The notes under the pieces are model-generated. The model made no database searches, was not told where the DNA came from, and saw only the letters and a program-made list of their open reading frames with translations. The position numbers and the translations under genes were made by a program. From the NCBI GenBank assembly GCA_965368975.1, contig CBDUPA010000005.1, positions 249,099-313,098 on the forward strand: a DNA stretch of 64,000 nucleotides. The letters are read 5' to 3'. Below are positions 20,501 through 30,700 of the stretch, piece by piece. The stretch is from an uncultured bacterium (lineage in GTDB: Bacteria; Acidobacteriota; Thermoanaerobaculia; Multivoradales; JAHZIX01). Position 1 is the stretch's first letter. Each line of letters begins with the position of its first letter.

Positions 20501-23500
20501 GCCACTCGCTGCTCGCCACGCAGGTGACCTCGCGCATCCAGAAGGCGTTCGGTGTCGACGTGCCGCTGCGCCGCCTGTTCGAGGCGCCGCGCCTGAGCGA
20601 GCTGGCGACGGCGGTGGAAGCCGAGTTGCGCGAAGGCCGTCCGGCTCCGCCGCCGCTGGTGCGCGTTTCGCGCGCTGGGCGTCTACCGCTGTCCTTCGCC
20701 CAGCAACGTCTATGGTTGCTCGATCACCTGAATCCCGGTTCGCCGGCCTACAACATCCCGATCGCGGTGGCGCTCGAGGGGGATCTCGACGTCGAGGCCC
20801 TGGAGGCTGCGCTGGTCGCCCTGGTGGTCCGGCACGAAGTGCTGCGCACGCGCTTCCCGGTGGTCGTCCGTGAGAACGGGACGGAGCAGCCGTACCAGGA
20901 GATCTGTGAGCCGGCCTTTGAGTTGGAGGTCGTCGAAGCCAGAGCCCAGGACGTCGCGGACATCGTGCGCGAAGAGGGTCGCCGGCCGTTCCACCTGGCG
21001 ATGGGGCCTCTGTTGCGGGGGATGTTGGTGCGGGAGAGCAAGACGTCCGGGAGCGCCGTCCTCCTTCTCACCCTGCACCACACCGTCGCCGACGGCTGGT
21101 CGACCGGTATCTTGCTACGCGAGCTGCAGGCCCTCTATGCGGATGCCTCCTCGGAAGCACTCTCTGAAGGGCGCGCCAAGCTGCCACCGCTGCCGGTGCA
21201 GTACGCGGACTTCGCAACCTGGCAACGCGGCTGGCTACAGGCCCAGGATCTGGAAGAACGCAGTGTCCTGGACGTCCAGATCGACTTCTGGCGCCGTCAG
21301 CTGGGGGATGCGCCGGCCCTCGACCTACCGACCGACCGACCACGGCCGGCGGTGCGGGCCCTCGCGGGGGCGACGCTGCCGGTGCACTTGCCGGCGACGC
21401 TGGTGCGGGGGCTGGAGGCGCTGGCAAGGCACCAGGGAGCGACTCTCTTCATGGTGCTGCTGGCGGGCTTCCAGGCCCTGCTCAGTCGCTGGGTCGGCCT
21501 GATGCGCGACGCCGACGCGCCGGTCAACGTCGGTTCGCCGGTGGCCGGTCGGCGGGTGGCGGAGACGGAGGGGCTGATCGGCCTCTTCGTCAACACGCTG
21601 GTGCTGTCGGGCGACCTCGCCGATGGTCCGGACTTCGTCGAGCTGCTGGCGCGCACCCGGCGTGTGACGCTGGATGCCTATGCGCATCAGGATGTGCCGT
21701 TCGAGAAGCTGGTCGAGGCGCTGGTGCCGCGGCGCGACACGGCTGTCACGCCGCTCTTCCAGGTGCTGCTGGCGCTGCAGAACGCGCCGATGCCGGCACT
21801 CGAATTGACGCGGGAAGGCGAGCACGGTGCGCAAACCGTGACGCTACGGCCCCTCGATCCGGACACCGCGACGTCCAAGTTCGATCTCAGCCTGCTGCTG
21901 CGGCCGGAGCGTTCTGGAAATGCAGACGCGGCCAAGCGTGGACTGAGCGGTGGCCTGGAGTACGACACGGCGCTGTTCGATGCCACCACCATGCTGCGTC
22001 TGTGGCACGCCTTCGAGCGCCTGCTGCACGGCATTGTCGCATCGCCGCAATCGGCGGTGGCGACGCTTTCGCTGTTCGGCCGCGCCGAGCGCCACCACCT
22101 ACTCTACGAGTGGCCGCCGGGTGCCGCGCTGCCTGAGCGTCTGGACGGTCCGCCCTCGACCCTGCACGAGCTGGTGCTGGCGCAGATCCAGCGCACGCCG
22201 GACGATACCGCGATCCTGACCGCGCAGCGGCCGGAGAGCGGTGGTACGCAGACGGACAAGGCGAAGAGCCCGCTGATCCGCTGGAGCTACCGTCGCCTGG
22301 ACGCTGAGTCGGCTCGCGTCGCGGCGCACGTGCGGCGTCTCGGTGTCGGGCCAGAAGTGACCGTCGGTGTCAGCATGCGGCGCACTCCGGCGCTAGTGGC
22401 GTCGATCCTCGGCATCCTGCGTGCCGGCGGCGCCTACGTGCCGCTCGATCCGGCCTATCCGCCGGAGCGCCGCGCCTTCATGCTCGAAGACGCACAGATC
22501 TCGATGCTGCTCACCGAGCGTGACCTGCAACCGCCGGCCGACCTGGCGTGTCCGCTGATCTTGATCGAGGACATCCTGACGCCGTGGCAGGCGCCGGAGG
22601 TGGAAGCGGGGACGCCGGAGGCGGACACCCACCCACCCACCCAGGGCACCCACATGGGGGTGCCCCTACCCAGATCCGGTTCCGACTCCCGTGTAGGGGC
22701 GGCTCCCGAATCCCAGCTGGCGCACATCTTCTGCACCGACGTCTGTCCCGACAACCTGGCGTACTCGATCTACACTTCCGGTTCCACCGGACGTCCCAAG
22801 GGCATCGCGATCTGCCACCGTACGGCGGTCAACATGCTGCGCTGGTCGTACACGGTGTGGTCGAAGGAAGAGCTGGGCGCCATGTTCGCCGGCACCTCGA
22901 TCAATTTCGACATCTCGGTGTTCGAGACCTTCGCGCCGCTGACCACCGGCGGCATCATGACCATCGGCGACGATGCGCTCGACCTGGCCGGTCACCCGGC
23001 GGCTGATCGCATCAAGCTGGTCAACACAGTGCCCTCGGCGGTCGCCGAGCTGGTGCGCCTGCAAGCGATCCCGCCGTCGGCGACGACGGTCAACCTGGCC
23101 GGTGAGGCGGTGCCGAGAAAGCTGCTGCGGCAACTGGAGAAGCTGCCCAACACGCCGCGTGCAGTCAACCTCTACGGCCCGTCGGAAGACACCACCTACT
23201 CGACCTGGGCGATCATCTCGGACGTGCGGCACGGCGTGGTCAACCGCGAAGACGACACCTCGGCGGTGTCGGTAGGACGCCTGATCTCGGGCAGCTACGG
23301 CTACCTGGTCGACCGCCGCGGACAGCTGGTGCCGTTGGGAGTGCCCGGCGAGCTGTACATCGGTGGTGGCGGTGTCACGCGGGGCTACCTGCAGCGTCCG
23401 GCCCTGACCGCCGATCGCTACATGCCCGACTGGGTGACGCCGGCCAGTGCTGCCAGTGCCACGACGACGGCACAGGGCGGTGCCCGCCTGTACCGGACGG

Positions 23501-26500
23501 GTGACCTGATCCGCTGGCGCACCGACGCCGAACTCGAGTTCCTCGGCCGGATCGACCACCAGGTCAAGATCCGTGGCTTCCGCATCGAGCTGGGCGAGAT
23601 CGAGTCGCAGCTCGACTTGCACCCGGGCGTCTCCGAGTGCGTGGTGGTGGTGCGCGAGACCTCGTCCGGGGACCGTCGCTTGGTGGCCTACGTGGCGCGT
23701 CAGCTGGTGGTCGAGGCGAGCGTCAGCGATGGCTCGCAGACCGGCATCTTCCAAGGACTGCCCGACGCCGACGAACTGCGCCGGTACCTGCGCGCGCGGC
23801 TGCCCGAGGCGATGGTGCCGTCCCTGTTCCAGTTCCTCAGTGCGCTGCCGCGCAACCCCAATGGCAAGGTTGACCGGCGCTCGCTGCCGGCACCCGAGTG
23901 GAACCTGGCGGCGGTGCACACCGATGGTGAATACGTGGCGCCGCGCACGCCGATGGAAGAATTGCTGGCGTCGATCTGGGCCGAGACGCTGGGGCTCGAC
24001 CGGGTCGGCGTCGAGGATGACTTCTTCGCCCTCGGCGGCCATTCCCTGCTGGCTACGCAGGTGATGTCGCGCGTGCGTCACTCCTGCCGCGTCGACCTGC
24101 CGTTGGCGCGTTTGTTCGAGGCGCCGACGGTAGCGCGCCTGGCGCGCGAAGTGGACGCCGAGCGCAGTGTCGGCCAGCTGTCCGCGGTGAGCATCGAGCC
24201 GGTACCGCACGAGGGACTGCTGCCGCTGTCTTTCGCTCAGGAGCGGTTGTGGTTCCTCGACCAACTGCAGCCGGGCGACTCGGTCTACAACATGCCGTTG
24301 GCAGTGCATCTGGAGGGCGACCTGGCCGTGCGTTCACTCAGCTGCACGCTGGGCGAGATCGTGCGGCGCCACGAGGTGCTGCGCACGTCCTTCACCGAGC
24401 ACGACAGCACTCCTATGCAGGAGGTGCAGCCGCTGCAGCCCTGGCAGCTGCCGATGATCGACCTGCACGCTCTCGGCGAGGTTCCCGCGCTGGTGCGCTC
24501 GCTGGCGTACACGGAGGCACGCCGTCCGTTCGACCTGACGCGGGTTCCGATGCTGCGCGGCGTGCTGGTGCGCACGGCCAGCGATCACGTGCTGCTGCTC
24601 AACATGCATCACATCGCCTCCGATGGTTGGTCGATGGGCGTGCTGCTGCGCGAAGTTGCCGCGCTCTACGGCGCCTACCGGGAGGAGCGGTCGTCGCCGC
24701 TGCCGGAACTCGGCCTGCAGTACGCCGACTTCGCCGTCTGGCAGCGCAAGCACCTGCCGGGGGAAGTGTTCGACGCGCAGCTGGCCTACTGGAAGAAGCA
24801 GCTCGCTGGCCTGCGTGAGGTGCCAGACCTGCCCTACGACCGCCAGCGCCAGGCGCTGCAGAGCAGTAACGGTGCCGCTTGCTCCTTCGACCTGGACGCC
24901 GCCTTCGTCGCGGAGCTGCGCCGCCTGTCGCGGGAGCAGGGCGCGACGCTGTTCATGCTCCTGGCCACTGCCTTCCAGGTGCTGCTCTACCGCATCACCC
25001 AGAGCGCGGACGTTGCCTTCGGCATGCCGATCGCTGGTCGCAACCGGCGCCAGCTCGAAGAGTTGATCGGCTTCTTCGTCAACACCTTGGTTCTGCGCAC
25101 CGACCTCAGCGGTGCGCCCAGCTTCAACGACGCTCTGCACCGCGTGCGTCAGGTGGCGCTGGACGCCTACGCCCACCAGGATCTGCCGTTCGAGCGCTTG
25201 GTCGACAACCTCAAGCCGTCACGGGATCTCAGCCACCAGCCGCTGTTCCAGGTCATGTTCGCCTACCAGAACGCGCCCATGGGCGTGCTGGAGTTGCCCG
25301 ACCTGCGGCTGTCGACCTTGGAGATCGAATCGCAGATCGCCAAGTTCGATCTCAGCCTGGGGATCGAAGAGCGCGGCGAACGGCTGACCGCGGTGCTCAG
25401 CTACAACACCGATCTGTTCGATGGTGTCACCGCCCGCCGCCTGGTGCGCGGTCTGCGCCGCCTGCTCGAGTCGGCGGTCGTCGAGCCGACGCGGGCGGTC
25501 ACCGCACTCGACCTTGTGGACAAGGCCGAGCGGCACCAGATGGTGCTGGAGTGGAACGATACCCACACCGACTATCCGCGCCAGACGCCGATCCACCATC
25601 TGGTGGAGGTCGGTGCTACCAACCAGCCGCACAACATTGCCCTGGTGCTGGACGATGGCGTGACCGGCACCGAGTGGTTGAGTTACGGTGAGCTCGATCG
25701 CCGGGCCAATCGACTGGCGCGCTGGCTGCGGAGCGTCGGCGTCGGGCCGGACGTGCGCGTCGGCGTGCTGATGGAGCGCTGCCTGGAGCTGGTGATCGGC
25801 CTGCTGGCGATCCACAAGGCTGGCGGTTGCTATGTACCGATGGGGCCCGACTATCCGCCCGAGCGCCTCAGCTTCATGCGCGACGACTCGCGCATCTCGG
25901 TGCTGTTCACCCACGAGGTGCTGCGCGACAAAGTGCCGCCGGGTACCGACATGCCGGTCTTCTATATCGACTCGGACTGGCACCGCATCGAGTCGCTCGA
26001 CGACTCGCTGGTCCGTCACTGGTGCCACGCCGACAACCTCGCCTACATCATCTATACCTCGGGCTCGACCGGTCGGCCCAAGGGCGTGATGGTCAACCAC
26101 CGGTCGGTCGTGCGCTTGCTGCGCAAGACCAACTACCTCAACTACCACGCCAATCACATCTACATGTTCTCAGGTCCGGCGGCCTTTGACGTTTCGACGG
26201 TCGAGATCTGGGGACCGCTGGTGCACTGCGCGACGCTGGTGGTATTGGCTGGCCAGCAGGTGACGGTCGACTTCCTGGCCACTGCCATCCTGCGCCACGA
26301 GATCAACACCGCCTGGCTGGTCACTGGCCTCTACCACGCGATGGTCGACGAGAAGCTCGACGTGCTGGCAAATCTACGCTGCATCGAGACCGGCGGCGAC
26401 GTGGTACGGCCCGGTAAGTCGCGCCAGCTGCTGCAGCGTGCCGACGAGGCCTTCGAGCACAAGTTGACGCTGATCAACTCCTACGGTCCCACCGAGGGCA

Positions 26501-27567
26501 CCGTGCTGGTGACCCGCTATGCCGTCACCGACGCCAAGCAGATCGGTACCCAGGTGTCGATCGGGCGGCCGATTTCCAACTCGCACGCCTACATCGTCGA
26601 CCGCCGCCTGCGGCCGGTGCCGCTGGGTGTCGCCGGTGAGCTGTGCTGCGGAGGTGACGGCGTCACCCGCGGCTACCTCGATCGTCCCGGCCTGACCGCC
26701 GAGAAGTTCATCCCTGACGCCTTCAGCGGACAGGCGGGCGAGCGCATCTATCGTACCGGCGACCTGGTGCGCCACCTGCAAGACGGTCGCCTCGACTTCA
26801 TGGGGCGTATCGACTTCCAGGTCAAGGTGCGCGGCTTCCGCATCGAGCTGGGGGAGATCGAGGCCAGTCTGAGCAAGCATCCGCACGTGCGCGAGGCGGT
26901 GGTGATCACGCGCAAGGACGTGGCGGGTGACAACCGCCTGGTGGCCTACGTTGTGTTCGATGCCGAGCGGCCGGCGCACGAGCTGCCCGCCGGGCCGCGC
27001 GAGCTGCGCACGGTGATGCAAGAATTCCTGCGCGCGACGCTGCCCGACTACATGGTGCCGGTCGATTACGTGCACCTGACCGAGATGCCGCTGTCGTCCA
27101 ACGGCAAGGTCGACCGCCGCCGTCTGCCCGAGCCCGAGCTGCCCGGCGGCAGCAGCGACGAGGGATACGTGGCGCCAGCCAACGAACTGGAGCAGGTGAT
27201 CGCGGGCGTCTGGCAGGAGGTGTTGCAGGTCGACCGCGTTGGCACGCGCGACCACTTCTTCGAACTGGGCGGCAGCTCGCTGCTCATCGCGCGCTTGCGC
27301 AGCCGGCTGCAAGCCGTGCTCGAACGCGAGATCCCGCTGGTCGAGCTGTTCAAGCATCCGACCGTGGCGGCGCAGGCGCAGGCGCTGAGTGCCGGTGGCA
27401 GCATCGAACCGGCCGCCGCCGAACGCTCGCGTGCGCGCTCCCAGACGCGCCGCGACTCCATGCGCAAACTACAGGAGCGGCGCACGCGCCGTGGTGATCG
27501 CGGCCCGCGCGGTGGTCGTGGCGGCCGGGGTCGTGGTGGTCGCGGTGGGCCGGACGACAAGACCTGA
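11596..27567 (+). CDS. NRPS 1: FAAL-ACP-C-A-T-C-A-T-C-A-T-C-A-T (lipoinitiation plus 4 modules, 5323 aa)
   Basis: FAAL ([34 protein letters not shown]), ACP LGLDSL; C motifs [36 protein letters not shown]; four A domains (YTSGSTG.PKG, YGPTE/YGPSE, YRTGD); PCPs GGHSL x3 and GGSSL. GAGGAG RBS. Hand-read codes: A1 DTFWMGGTYK (Val-like aliphatic), A2 DAKNLGLANK (unclear, possibly acidic), A3 DIFNNALTYK (Ala), A4 DVVWEGSVLK (unknown). Confidence 0.95.
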   Translation: MEFATLLDVLRARADSYSQQEAFVFLADGEEVGERLTFGQLDRDARALGHRMRAHVGGGLAGERVLLVYPPGLDFIRAYMACFYAGAVAVPAYPPRFNRPQPRLRSILRDARPKLALTVDSIARRVDALARHVPEAAALEWWSTDDGWLQGADADAAAQSWVHPDLGAGDLAFLQYTSGSTSLPKGVMVSHGNLIHNETLIRTAFGHDALGEGPAGEGTATRVVSWLPLYHDMGLIGGILQPLFLGTTCVLMAPMSFLQKPLRWLQAISDWGSKLDLDTTSGGPNFAYELVARRATAEDLQGLDLSRWRVAFNGSEPVRASTLRRFAEVFEPCGFDPKAFFPCYGLAETTLFVTGGVPERGPGGQGAVIESFDDVELGKDRAVELAEAEGGRPLVGSGRTWLDLDVAIVEPDSRRRAAPGTVGEIWVHGPSVAQGYWANPERTRNDFHATIVGEDATRHYLRTGDLGFLHAASHGRAGAQLYVTGRLKDLIILRGRNYYPQDIELTLDDAHPAIRAGCGAAFALEVEGEERLVVVQELERRQEADADGALEAVRHAVSEAHELAVYEVVLLRAGTLPKTTSGKIQRHAARRGYLEESLHIIARSGAAEASNAVSHGSGDVQWEALSRQALDGLDLDAQRQLLETYLVHAAARACGLKAEQVTTDLPLPRLGLDSLAAVELQHRVEGDLELELELAPLLEGVTLGELALRLAKQAARPRTATAAAAEVEMEVPAETASQGQRSLWFLQRLAPESGAYHIAAAARLVANPAGAGFGGVDLDTAALRCALAALALRHGELRASFPGVDGEPRRRRHEDLVPELLEEPVAAAQLVDLAARLALLQECVSRPFDLERGPLLRLFVLRPQAATNQVEESQAAIALLVVHHLIADFWSLGVLARELDILYRHALETPERSAADLAAVLAPLPASYDDHVRWQAQLLAGAKGEAQLRYWRQQLDGLPVLDLPTDRPRPVVQSWAGDTRPMRLGSALSERLHSFSRDRGTTLFVTLLTAWQSLLSRLSGQHDIVVGAPTAGRRQAELAGVVGYFVNPVALRADLRPPRQTNGTPNGAPPGTLSFGELVREGHVRLLEAFANADYPLALLAEHLQPQRDPARPPLFQVMFVLQRAQKPEEQPLGAFALGLPGGRLRLGPSEVESLAWREPYTPFDLVLRSADLVDPEGHRQLGVSLQFNRDLFDGTTIERWLRLWRRFLVAAAAEPSRPVESLNLLSPTERHQLFTEWTDTGAPYPRNASVPARLAEVAAVRPETVAVVGGRMHLSYGELVRRASGLAGELQRRGVRPSNLVAVSTERTADRVVALVAILWSGAAYLPLDARLPAARLNLLLRDARPVLCLADARSRAVWPREEITEDVEAADLEALITGSQGAETAGTSLQQAVGGIRADAEQLAYVLYTSGSTGTPKGVAVAHRSILRLVTASLGGDANYMDFTPHDTFLQLSSLSFDTSTFELWGSLLSGSRLVMLPGHGAPVLTELRRELTQQQVSALWLTAGLFHQVIEEDVAMLARLRVLMSGGDVLSPPHLRRLLAAFPGLRMVNGYGPTENTTYTSCHVMTGGPEAIPPGSVPIGRPVAATTAVVVDHAGRPVPLGVAGELWTGGDGVAVGYYARPAQTASVFVPDPFGASVAVPSQGTHSGVPLQAGSLAPDGGARLYRTGDLVRWRADGVLQFFGRIDRQVKIRGFRIEPGEIEAALSQHPAVREAAVVVLRPSGGAILVGCLVLEDSELENGQQLADGDLREHLGGRLPEYMVPSRFAYFDVLPLNTSGKVDRNELARRLPALLAEQAPAEGDAPRTPTEKLIAELMAELLEHGTGGATLGRDVDFFALGGHSLMATRLISRLHAALGVEIPLRLLFEAPTPARLGTAVDAQVKAQGGSVLPALEPVARPERPALSPAQHRLWLLDRLHPGSPAYNIPGRLHLRAESTVAGRSSGGLDVEKLEAALRQIVERHEVLRTVYPTGDDGEPWQQIQPRVETALPVLDLSHLAAADQQREAGRLARQEALRAFDLVAGPVVRWLLVRQDAVGQDLLLTLHHIAGDGWSLGVLVRELEALYRGDDLPPLPVQYVDFAAWQLDWLQTGAAVARDLAWWRDELAGVEALPLPTDHPRPATPSYRGGAVPIALDSERGGAASARLDAFARERGVTAFMVLSAVLQVLLGRLANQADVPLGTPVAGRAHPRTESLIGFFVNTLVLRADLGGDPTFGSLLEQVRRSTLDALAHQAVPFEQLVNELTGTAASRRDLAQTPLFQVMLALNNAPFRAPVLPGLDVEASAVEAATQKFDLTLSLAETPGGGLRGALGYASDLFERTTAERWAAHFQRLLAAALAHPETRLSELLMLSDSERREILSWSAEASTADVPAEDVPAAENATVPAWIAAQAVLTSEAPAVRLVGGDAVLSYAELDARAAALGARLRALGAGPESVIAVLAERVPAALVAFLGVWKAGAAFLPLDPADPHERLRFVLHDAAPLALVAAGDVAEILAALESEVPVVEIESEVGAPHGGGSPDASAQDGSSALIERDHLAYVLYTSGSTGRPKGAGIHHGALADYMAWAKRELLEGVTAIPATTRFSFDAAWKQLFGPLLGGGCVRLWPSELVQDPPRALQALANGTDTVAFNGVPSLWRALLLAAEAGDGPVPTHLRRLLLGGAALPIELVRRTHALLPGVDIVNLYGPTETTANASASRVTADARSVTLGRPAARLRLHVLRLAGAAVPLAEPLPEGVPGELCIGGSGVARGYLGRPGLTAARFVPDPFVGTGSRLYRTGDLVRWRCRSEDQHASGGPAEPEFLGRLDHQVKIRGLRLELGEIEAQLQSHPAVRAVVALVARREEGSSDQLVAFVEAPELAARPPQQIDAEAAVLRDFLRGRVPEAAVPSALWIVDALPRLAGGAGGKVDRRTLAAEAPSRLAETTAAIQTHELSPAEQILAGIFAEVLGVPVESVGARDDFFELGGHSLLATQVTSRIQKAFGVDVPLRRLFEAPRLSELATAVEAELREGRPAPPPLVRVSRAGRLPLSFAQQRLWLLDHLNPGSPAYNIPIAVALEGDLDVEALEAALVALVVRHEVLRTRFPVVVRENGTEQPYQEICEPAFELEVVEARAQDVADIVREEGRRPFHLAMGPLLRGMLVRESKTSGSAVLLLTLHHTVADGWSTGILLRELQALYADASSEALSEGRAKLPPLPVQYADFATWQRGWLQAQDLEERSVLDVQIDFWRRQLGDAPALDLPTDRPRPAVRALAGATLPVHLPATLVRGLEALARHQGATLFMVLLAGFQALLSRWVGLMRDADAPVNVGSPVAGRRVAETEGLIGLFVNTLVLSGDLADGPDFVELLARTRRVTLDAYAHQDVPFEKLVEALVPRRDTAVTPLFQVLLALQNAPMPALELTREGEHGAQTVTLRPLDPDTATSKFDLSLLLRPERSGNADAAKRGLSGGLEYDTALFDATTMLRLWHAFERLLHGIVASPQSAVATLSLFGRAERHHLLYEWPPGAALPERLDGPPSTLHELVLAQIQRTPDDTAILTAQRPESGGTQTDKAKSPLIRWSYRRLDAESARVAAHVRRLGVGPEVTVGVSMRRTPALVASILGILRAGGAYVPLDPAYPPERRAFMLEDAQISMLLTERDLQPPADLACPLILIEDILTPWQAPEVEAGTPEADTHPPTQGTHMGVPLPRSGSDSRVGAAPESQLAHIFCTDVCPDNLAYSIYTSGSTGRPKGIAICHRTAVNMLRWSYTVWSKEELGAMFAGTSINFDISVFETFAPLTTGGIMTIGDDALDLAGHPAADRIKLVNTVPSAVAELVRLQAIPPSATTVNLAGEAVPRKLLRQLEKLPNTPRAVNLYGPSEDTTYSTWAIISDVRHGVVNREDDTSAVSVGRLISGSYGYLVDRRGQLVPLGVPGELYIGGGGVTRGYLQRPALTADRYMPDWVTPASAASATTTAQGGARLYRTGDLIRWRTDAELEFLGRIDHQVKIRGFRIELGEIESQLDLHPGVSECVVVVRETSSGDRRLVAYVARQLVVEASVSDGSQTGIFQGLPDADELRRYLRARLPEAMVPSLFQFLSALPRNPNGKVDRRSLPAPEWNLAAVHTDGEYVAPRTPMEELLASIWAETLGLDRVGVEDDFFALGGHSLLATQVMSRVRHSCRVDLPLARLFEAPTVARLAREVDAERSVGQLSAVSIEPVPHEGLLPLSFAQERLWFLDQLQPGDSVYNMPLAVHLEGDLAVRSLSCTLGEIVRRHEVLRTSFTEHDSTPMQEVQPLQPWQLPMIDLHALGEVPALVRSLAYTEARRPFDLTRVPMLRGVLVRTASDHVLLLNMHHIASDGWSMGVLLREVAALYGAYREERSSPLPELGLQYADFAVWQRKHLPGEVFDAQLAYWKKQLAGLREVPDLPYDRQRQALQSSNGAACSFDLDAAFVAELRRLSREQGATLFMLLATAFQVLLYRITQSADVAFGMPIAGRNRRQLEELIGFFVNTLVLRTDLSGAPSFNDALHRVRQVALDAYAHQDLPFERLVDNLKPSRDLSHQPLFQVMFAYQNAPMGVLELPDLRLSTLEIESQIAKFDLSLGIEERGERLTAVLSYNTDLFDGVTARRLVRGLRRLLESAVVEPTRAVTALDLVDKAERHQMVLEWNDTHTDYPRQTPIHHLVEVGATNQPHNIALVLDDGVTGTEWLSYGELDRRANRLARWLRSVGVGPDVRVGVLMERCLELVIGLLAIHKAGGCYVPMGPDYPPERLSFMRDDSRISVLFTHEVLRDKVPPGTDMPVFYIDSDWHRIESLDDSLVRHWCHADNLAYIIYTSGSTGRPKGVMVNHRSVVRLLRKTNYLNYHANHIYMFSGPAAFDVSTVEIWGPLVHCATLVVLAGQQVTVDFLATAILRHEINTAWLVTGLYHAMVDEKLDVLANLRCIETGGDVVRPGKSRQLLQRADEAFEHKLTLINSYGPTEGTVLVTRYAVTDAKQIGTQVSIGRPISNSHAYIVDRRLRPVPLGVAGELCCGGDGVTRGYLDRPGLTAEKFIPDAFSGQAGERIYRTGDLVRHLQDGRLDFMGRIDFQVKVRGFRIELGEIEASLSKHPHVREAVVITRKDVAGDNRLVAYVVFDAERPAHELPAGPRELRTVMQEFLRATLPDYMVPVDYVHLTEMPLSSNGKVDRRRLPEPELPGGSSDEGYVAPANELEQVIAGVWQEVLQVDRVGTRDHFFELGGSSLLIARLRSRLQAVLEREIPLVELFKHPTVAAQAQALSAGGSIEPAAAERSRARSQTRRDSMRKLQERRTRRGDRGPRGGRGGRGRGGRGGPDDKT
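16530..16555 (-). repeat. GTAG-type REP hairpin inside the NRPS 1 coding sequence
   Basis: Minus strand reads GTAG-GGGCACCC-cgctgt-GGGTGCCC; 28/30 nt identical to 22640-22669. Confidence 0.75.
19132..19157 (+). repeat. Degenerate REP copy inside NRPS 1 (A2)
   Basis: gtcg-gggctccc-cacggt-ggaggctc, roughly 19/26 matches to the REP above. Confidence 0.4.
22644..22707. repeat. GTAG-type REP hairpin (minus, 22644-22669) plus an opposed partial copy (plus, 22693-22707) inside NRPS 1 (A3)
   Basis: Minus strand GTAG-GGGCACCC-ccatgt-GGGTGCCC, then GTAGGGGCGGCTCCC on the plus strand 23 nt away. Confidence 0.75.
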
Positions 27568-27701
27568 GAGCGAAACGTTGCTAAGCTCGGAGGGAGCGCC
27601 GCCCGTGGGCGTCGTTCCTCGCCTGCAACTACCCTCCCTCCTGAGCTTGAACCTGAACTGCTAGCTACCTCGGCCCCTGAGCCGAGTATCTCGGAGATCC
27701 C

Positions 27702-30700
27702 ATGAGCGACTACGAGCAAGGCGCCACTACGGAAGCCAGTATGGACACAAGCGCGGAAGGCATCGCCATTATCGGCTTGGCCGGCCGTTTTCCCGGCGCC
27801 CGCGATATCGAGGCCTTCTGGCGCAATCTACGTGATGGTGTGGAGTCCATCACCTTTTTCACGCCCGAGCAGCTGCAGGAAGCCGGCCTCGACCCGGCGA
27901 TCCTGGAGCAGCCGAATTTCGTGGCCGCCAACGGTATGCTCGAAGACATTGATCGCTTCGACGCCGCCTTCTTTGGCTACACGCCGCGGGAAGCACAACT
28001 GATCGATCCGCAGCAGCGCCTGTTCCTGGAGTGCGCGCAGCACACGCTCGAGCACGCCGGCTACGATCCGGCACGCTTCGACGGCCGCATCGGCCTGTTC
28101 GGCGGTGCCGGCGCCAACTACTATCTGCTCGGCAACCTGGTCAACAACCGGGCGCTGATCGAAGAGATCGGCGTGCTGCAGATTCTGCTGGCCAACGAGG
28201 GGGACTACCTGTGCTCGCGCGTTTCCTACAAGCTCGATCTACGCGGCCCCGTGGCCCTGGTGCAGAGCGCGTGCTCGACCGCCCTGGTTTCGGTGCACAT
28301 GGCCTGCCAGTCGTTGCTCACTGGCGAGTGCGAAATGGCGCTGGCCGGCGGTGTCTCGATCGGCCTGCCGCAGGACCAGGGCTACTTCTACACCGAGGGC
28401 GGCATCCTGTCGCGCGATGGCCATTGCCGTAGCTTCGACGCCAGCTCCACCGGCACGGTCAACGGCAACGGTGTCGGCCTGGTGGCGCTCAAACGGTTGG
28501 AAGATGCACTCGAAGACGGCGACGTCGTGCACGCCGTGCTCCTGGGCTCGGCGATCAACAACGACGGCGCTTCTAAGGTCGGCTTCACGGCGCCCAGTGT
28601 CGAGTGCCAGAGCGAGGTGGTGGGCGAGGCCCTGGGAGTCACTGGCGTCGACGCCGAGACGATCGCCTACATCGAGACCCACGGCAGCGGTACCGCGCTC
28701 GGCGACCCGATCGAGGCGCAGGCACTGATCGACGCCTACGCCGACCACGCCGAGACCAGCGGCTACTGCGGTATCGGCTCGGTCAAGTCGAACATCGGCC
28801 ACACCAACGCTGCCGCTGGCGTCGCCGGCCTGATCAAGGTGGTGCAGGGGCTCGAACACGGAGAGATCCCGCCCAGCCTGCACTTCGAGCAACTCAACCC
28901 CGAGATCGACTTCACCGACACGCCCTTTTTCGTCAATGCCGAGCTGCGTCCGTGGCCGCGCCTCAAGGATCAGCCCCGGCGCGCCGCCATCAGTTCCTTC
29001 GGCCTCGGTGGTACCAACGCGCACGCCATCGTCCAGGAAGCACCGGCCGTCGAGCCGTCGGGCCCGTCGCGCGGTCATCAGCTGCTGCTCGTCTCGGCAC
29101 GTAGCGAGGCGGCGCTGGACGCGGCGACGCGCAATCTCGCCGACCACCTGCAAGCACATCCGGACCTGAAGCTCGCCGACGCCGCCTTCACGCTGCAACT
29201 CGGTCGCGCCGAGATGGACATGCGGCGTGCCGTGGTGGTGCGCGACGATGGCGGTGAGGCCGGCAAGAAGGCGGCCATCGAAGCGCTGCGCGCCGAGCCG
29301 GTGGCCACCAAGGTGGACAAGGACACGCGCCCCGTCGTCTTCTTGTTGCCTGGCCTGGGTGACCACTACGTGCAGCTGGGGCGCCGTCTCTACGAGGACG
29401 AGCCGACCTTCCGCGAGGACTTCGACGCCTGTGCCGAGGGCCTGCTCGAACCGTTGGGCGTCGACATCCGCGAGATCCTGTTCCCGGGCGCTGCGCCGCC
29501 CGAGCCGACAGACGAAGAAGCCGCCGCCGGCACCGACTTCAAGGCCCTGCTGCGCCGCGGCGGCGGTGAGGTCGACGAGGCGACCGCGCGCCTCAACCGC
29601 ACCGTGCACGCGCAGCCGGCGCTGTTCGCCGTCGAGTACGCGCTGGCACGGCTGCTGATGGATTGGGGCCTCGAGCCTTCGGGCCTGATTGGCTACAGCC
29701 TCGGCGAGTACGTCGCCGCCTGCCTGGCCGGTGTGCTCGAGCTCGACGACGCGTTGGCCCTGGTGGCCAAGCGCGCGCGCCTGATCGACGATTTGCCCGA
29801 GGGTGCCATGCTGGCGGTGCCGCTGCCTGAGAGCGAGCTGCTACCCAAGCTGAAGAAGCACCCGGACCTCGACCTGTGTGCCACCAACGGCCCCAACCTG
29901 AGCGTCGCGGGCGGTCCGGTGCCGGCGGTCGATGCGCTGGAACAGGAACTGCAAGCGGCCGGTGTCACCTGCATCCGCCTGACCACCACCCACGCCTTCC
30001 ATACGCGCATGATGGCGCCGGTCGCCGAGGCGCTGACTGAGCTGGCTAGCGGTTTCGAGCTGCAGACGCCCGAGATCCCGCTGCTGTCCAACGTCACCGG
30101 CACCTGGCTGAGCGACGCCGATGCTACCGATCCCGCCTACTGGGCGCGTCACCTGTGCGGCACCGTGCGCTTCGCCGAGAGCCTGAGCGAGCTGCTCAAG
30201 GACGCGCGCCGCTTGCTGATCGAGTTGGGACCGGGCAACGCTCTCGGTACCCTGATCAAGCAGCACCCGAGCGTCAAGCCGGAGCAGGTGGTGATCTCGG
30301 CCTTGCGCCACCAGAGCGAGCGCCGTTCGGACGTCGCCCACTTGCTGCGCGCCCTCGGCCACGCCTGGCTGGCCGGCGCCCGCATCGACTGGCACGGCTT
30401 CTATGCCCACGAGACACGCCGCCGTGTCGTGCTGCCCGGCTATCCCTTCGAGCGTCGGCGCTACTGGATCGATCCCAACCCGGCCGAGAGCGGTGCTGCC
30501 GGCAAGCGCGGCCGTGCGGGTTCCGGAGGCGGCCAGGTCGGCATCGCTGAGATGCGCAAGGGCAAGTTGCCGCTGGCCGACTGGTTCTATCTACCATCCT
30601 GGCGCCAGACGCCCACCCGCCTGCCGGCCGACGGTCGCGCACCCGAGGACGCCATGGAGACCGGCCGCTGGCTGATCTTCCTCGAAGCTGACTCTGACGC

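Noticed and set aside
27588-27621. Imperfect hairpin between NRPS 1 and the PKS
   Set aside because: No U-tract and no second copy seen; cannot be called a terminator or REP.
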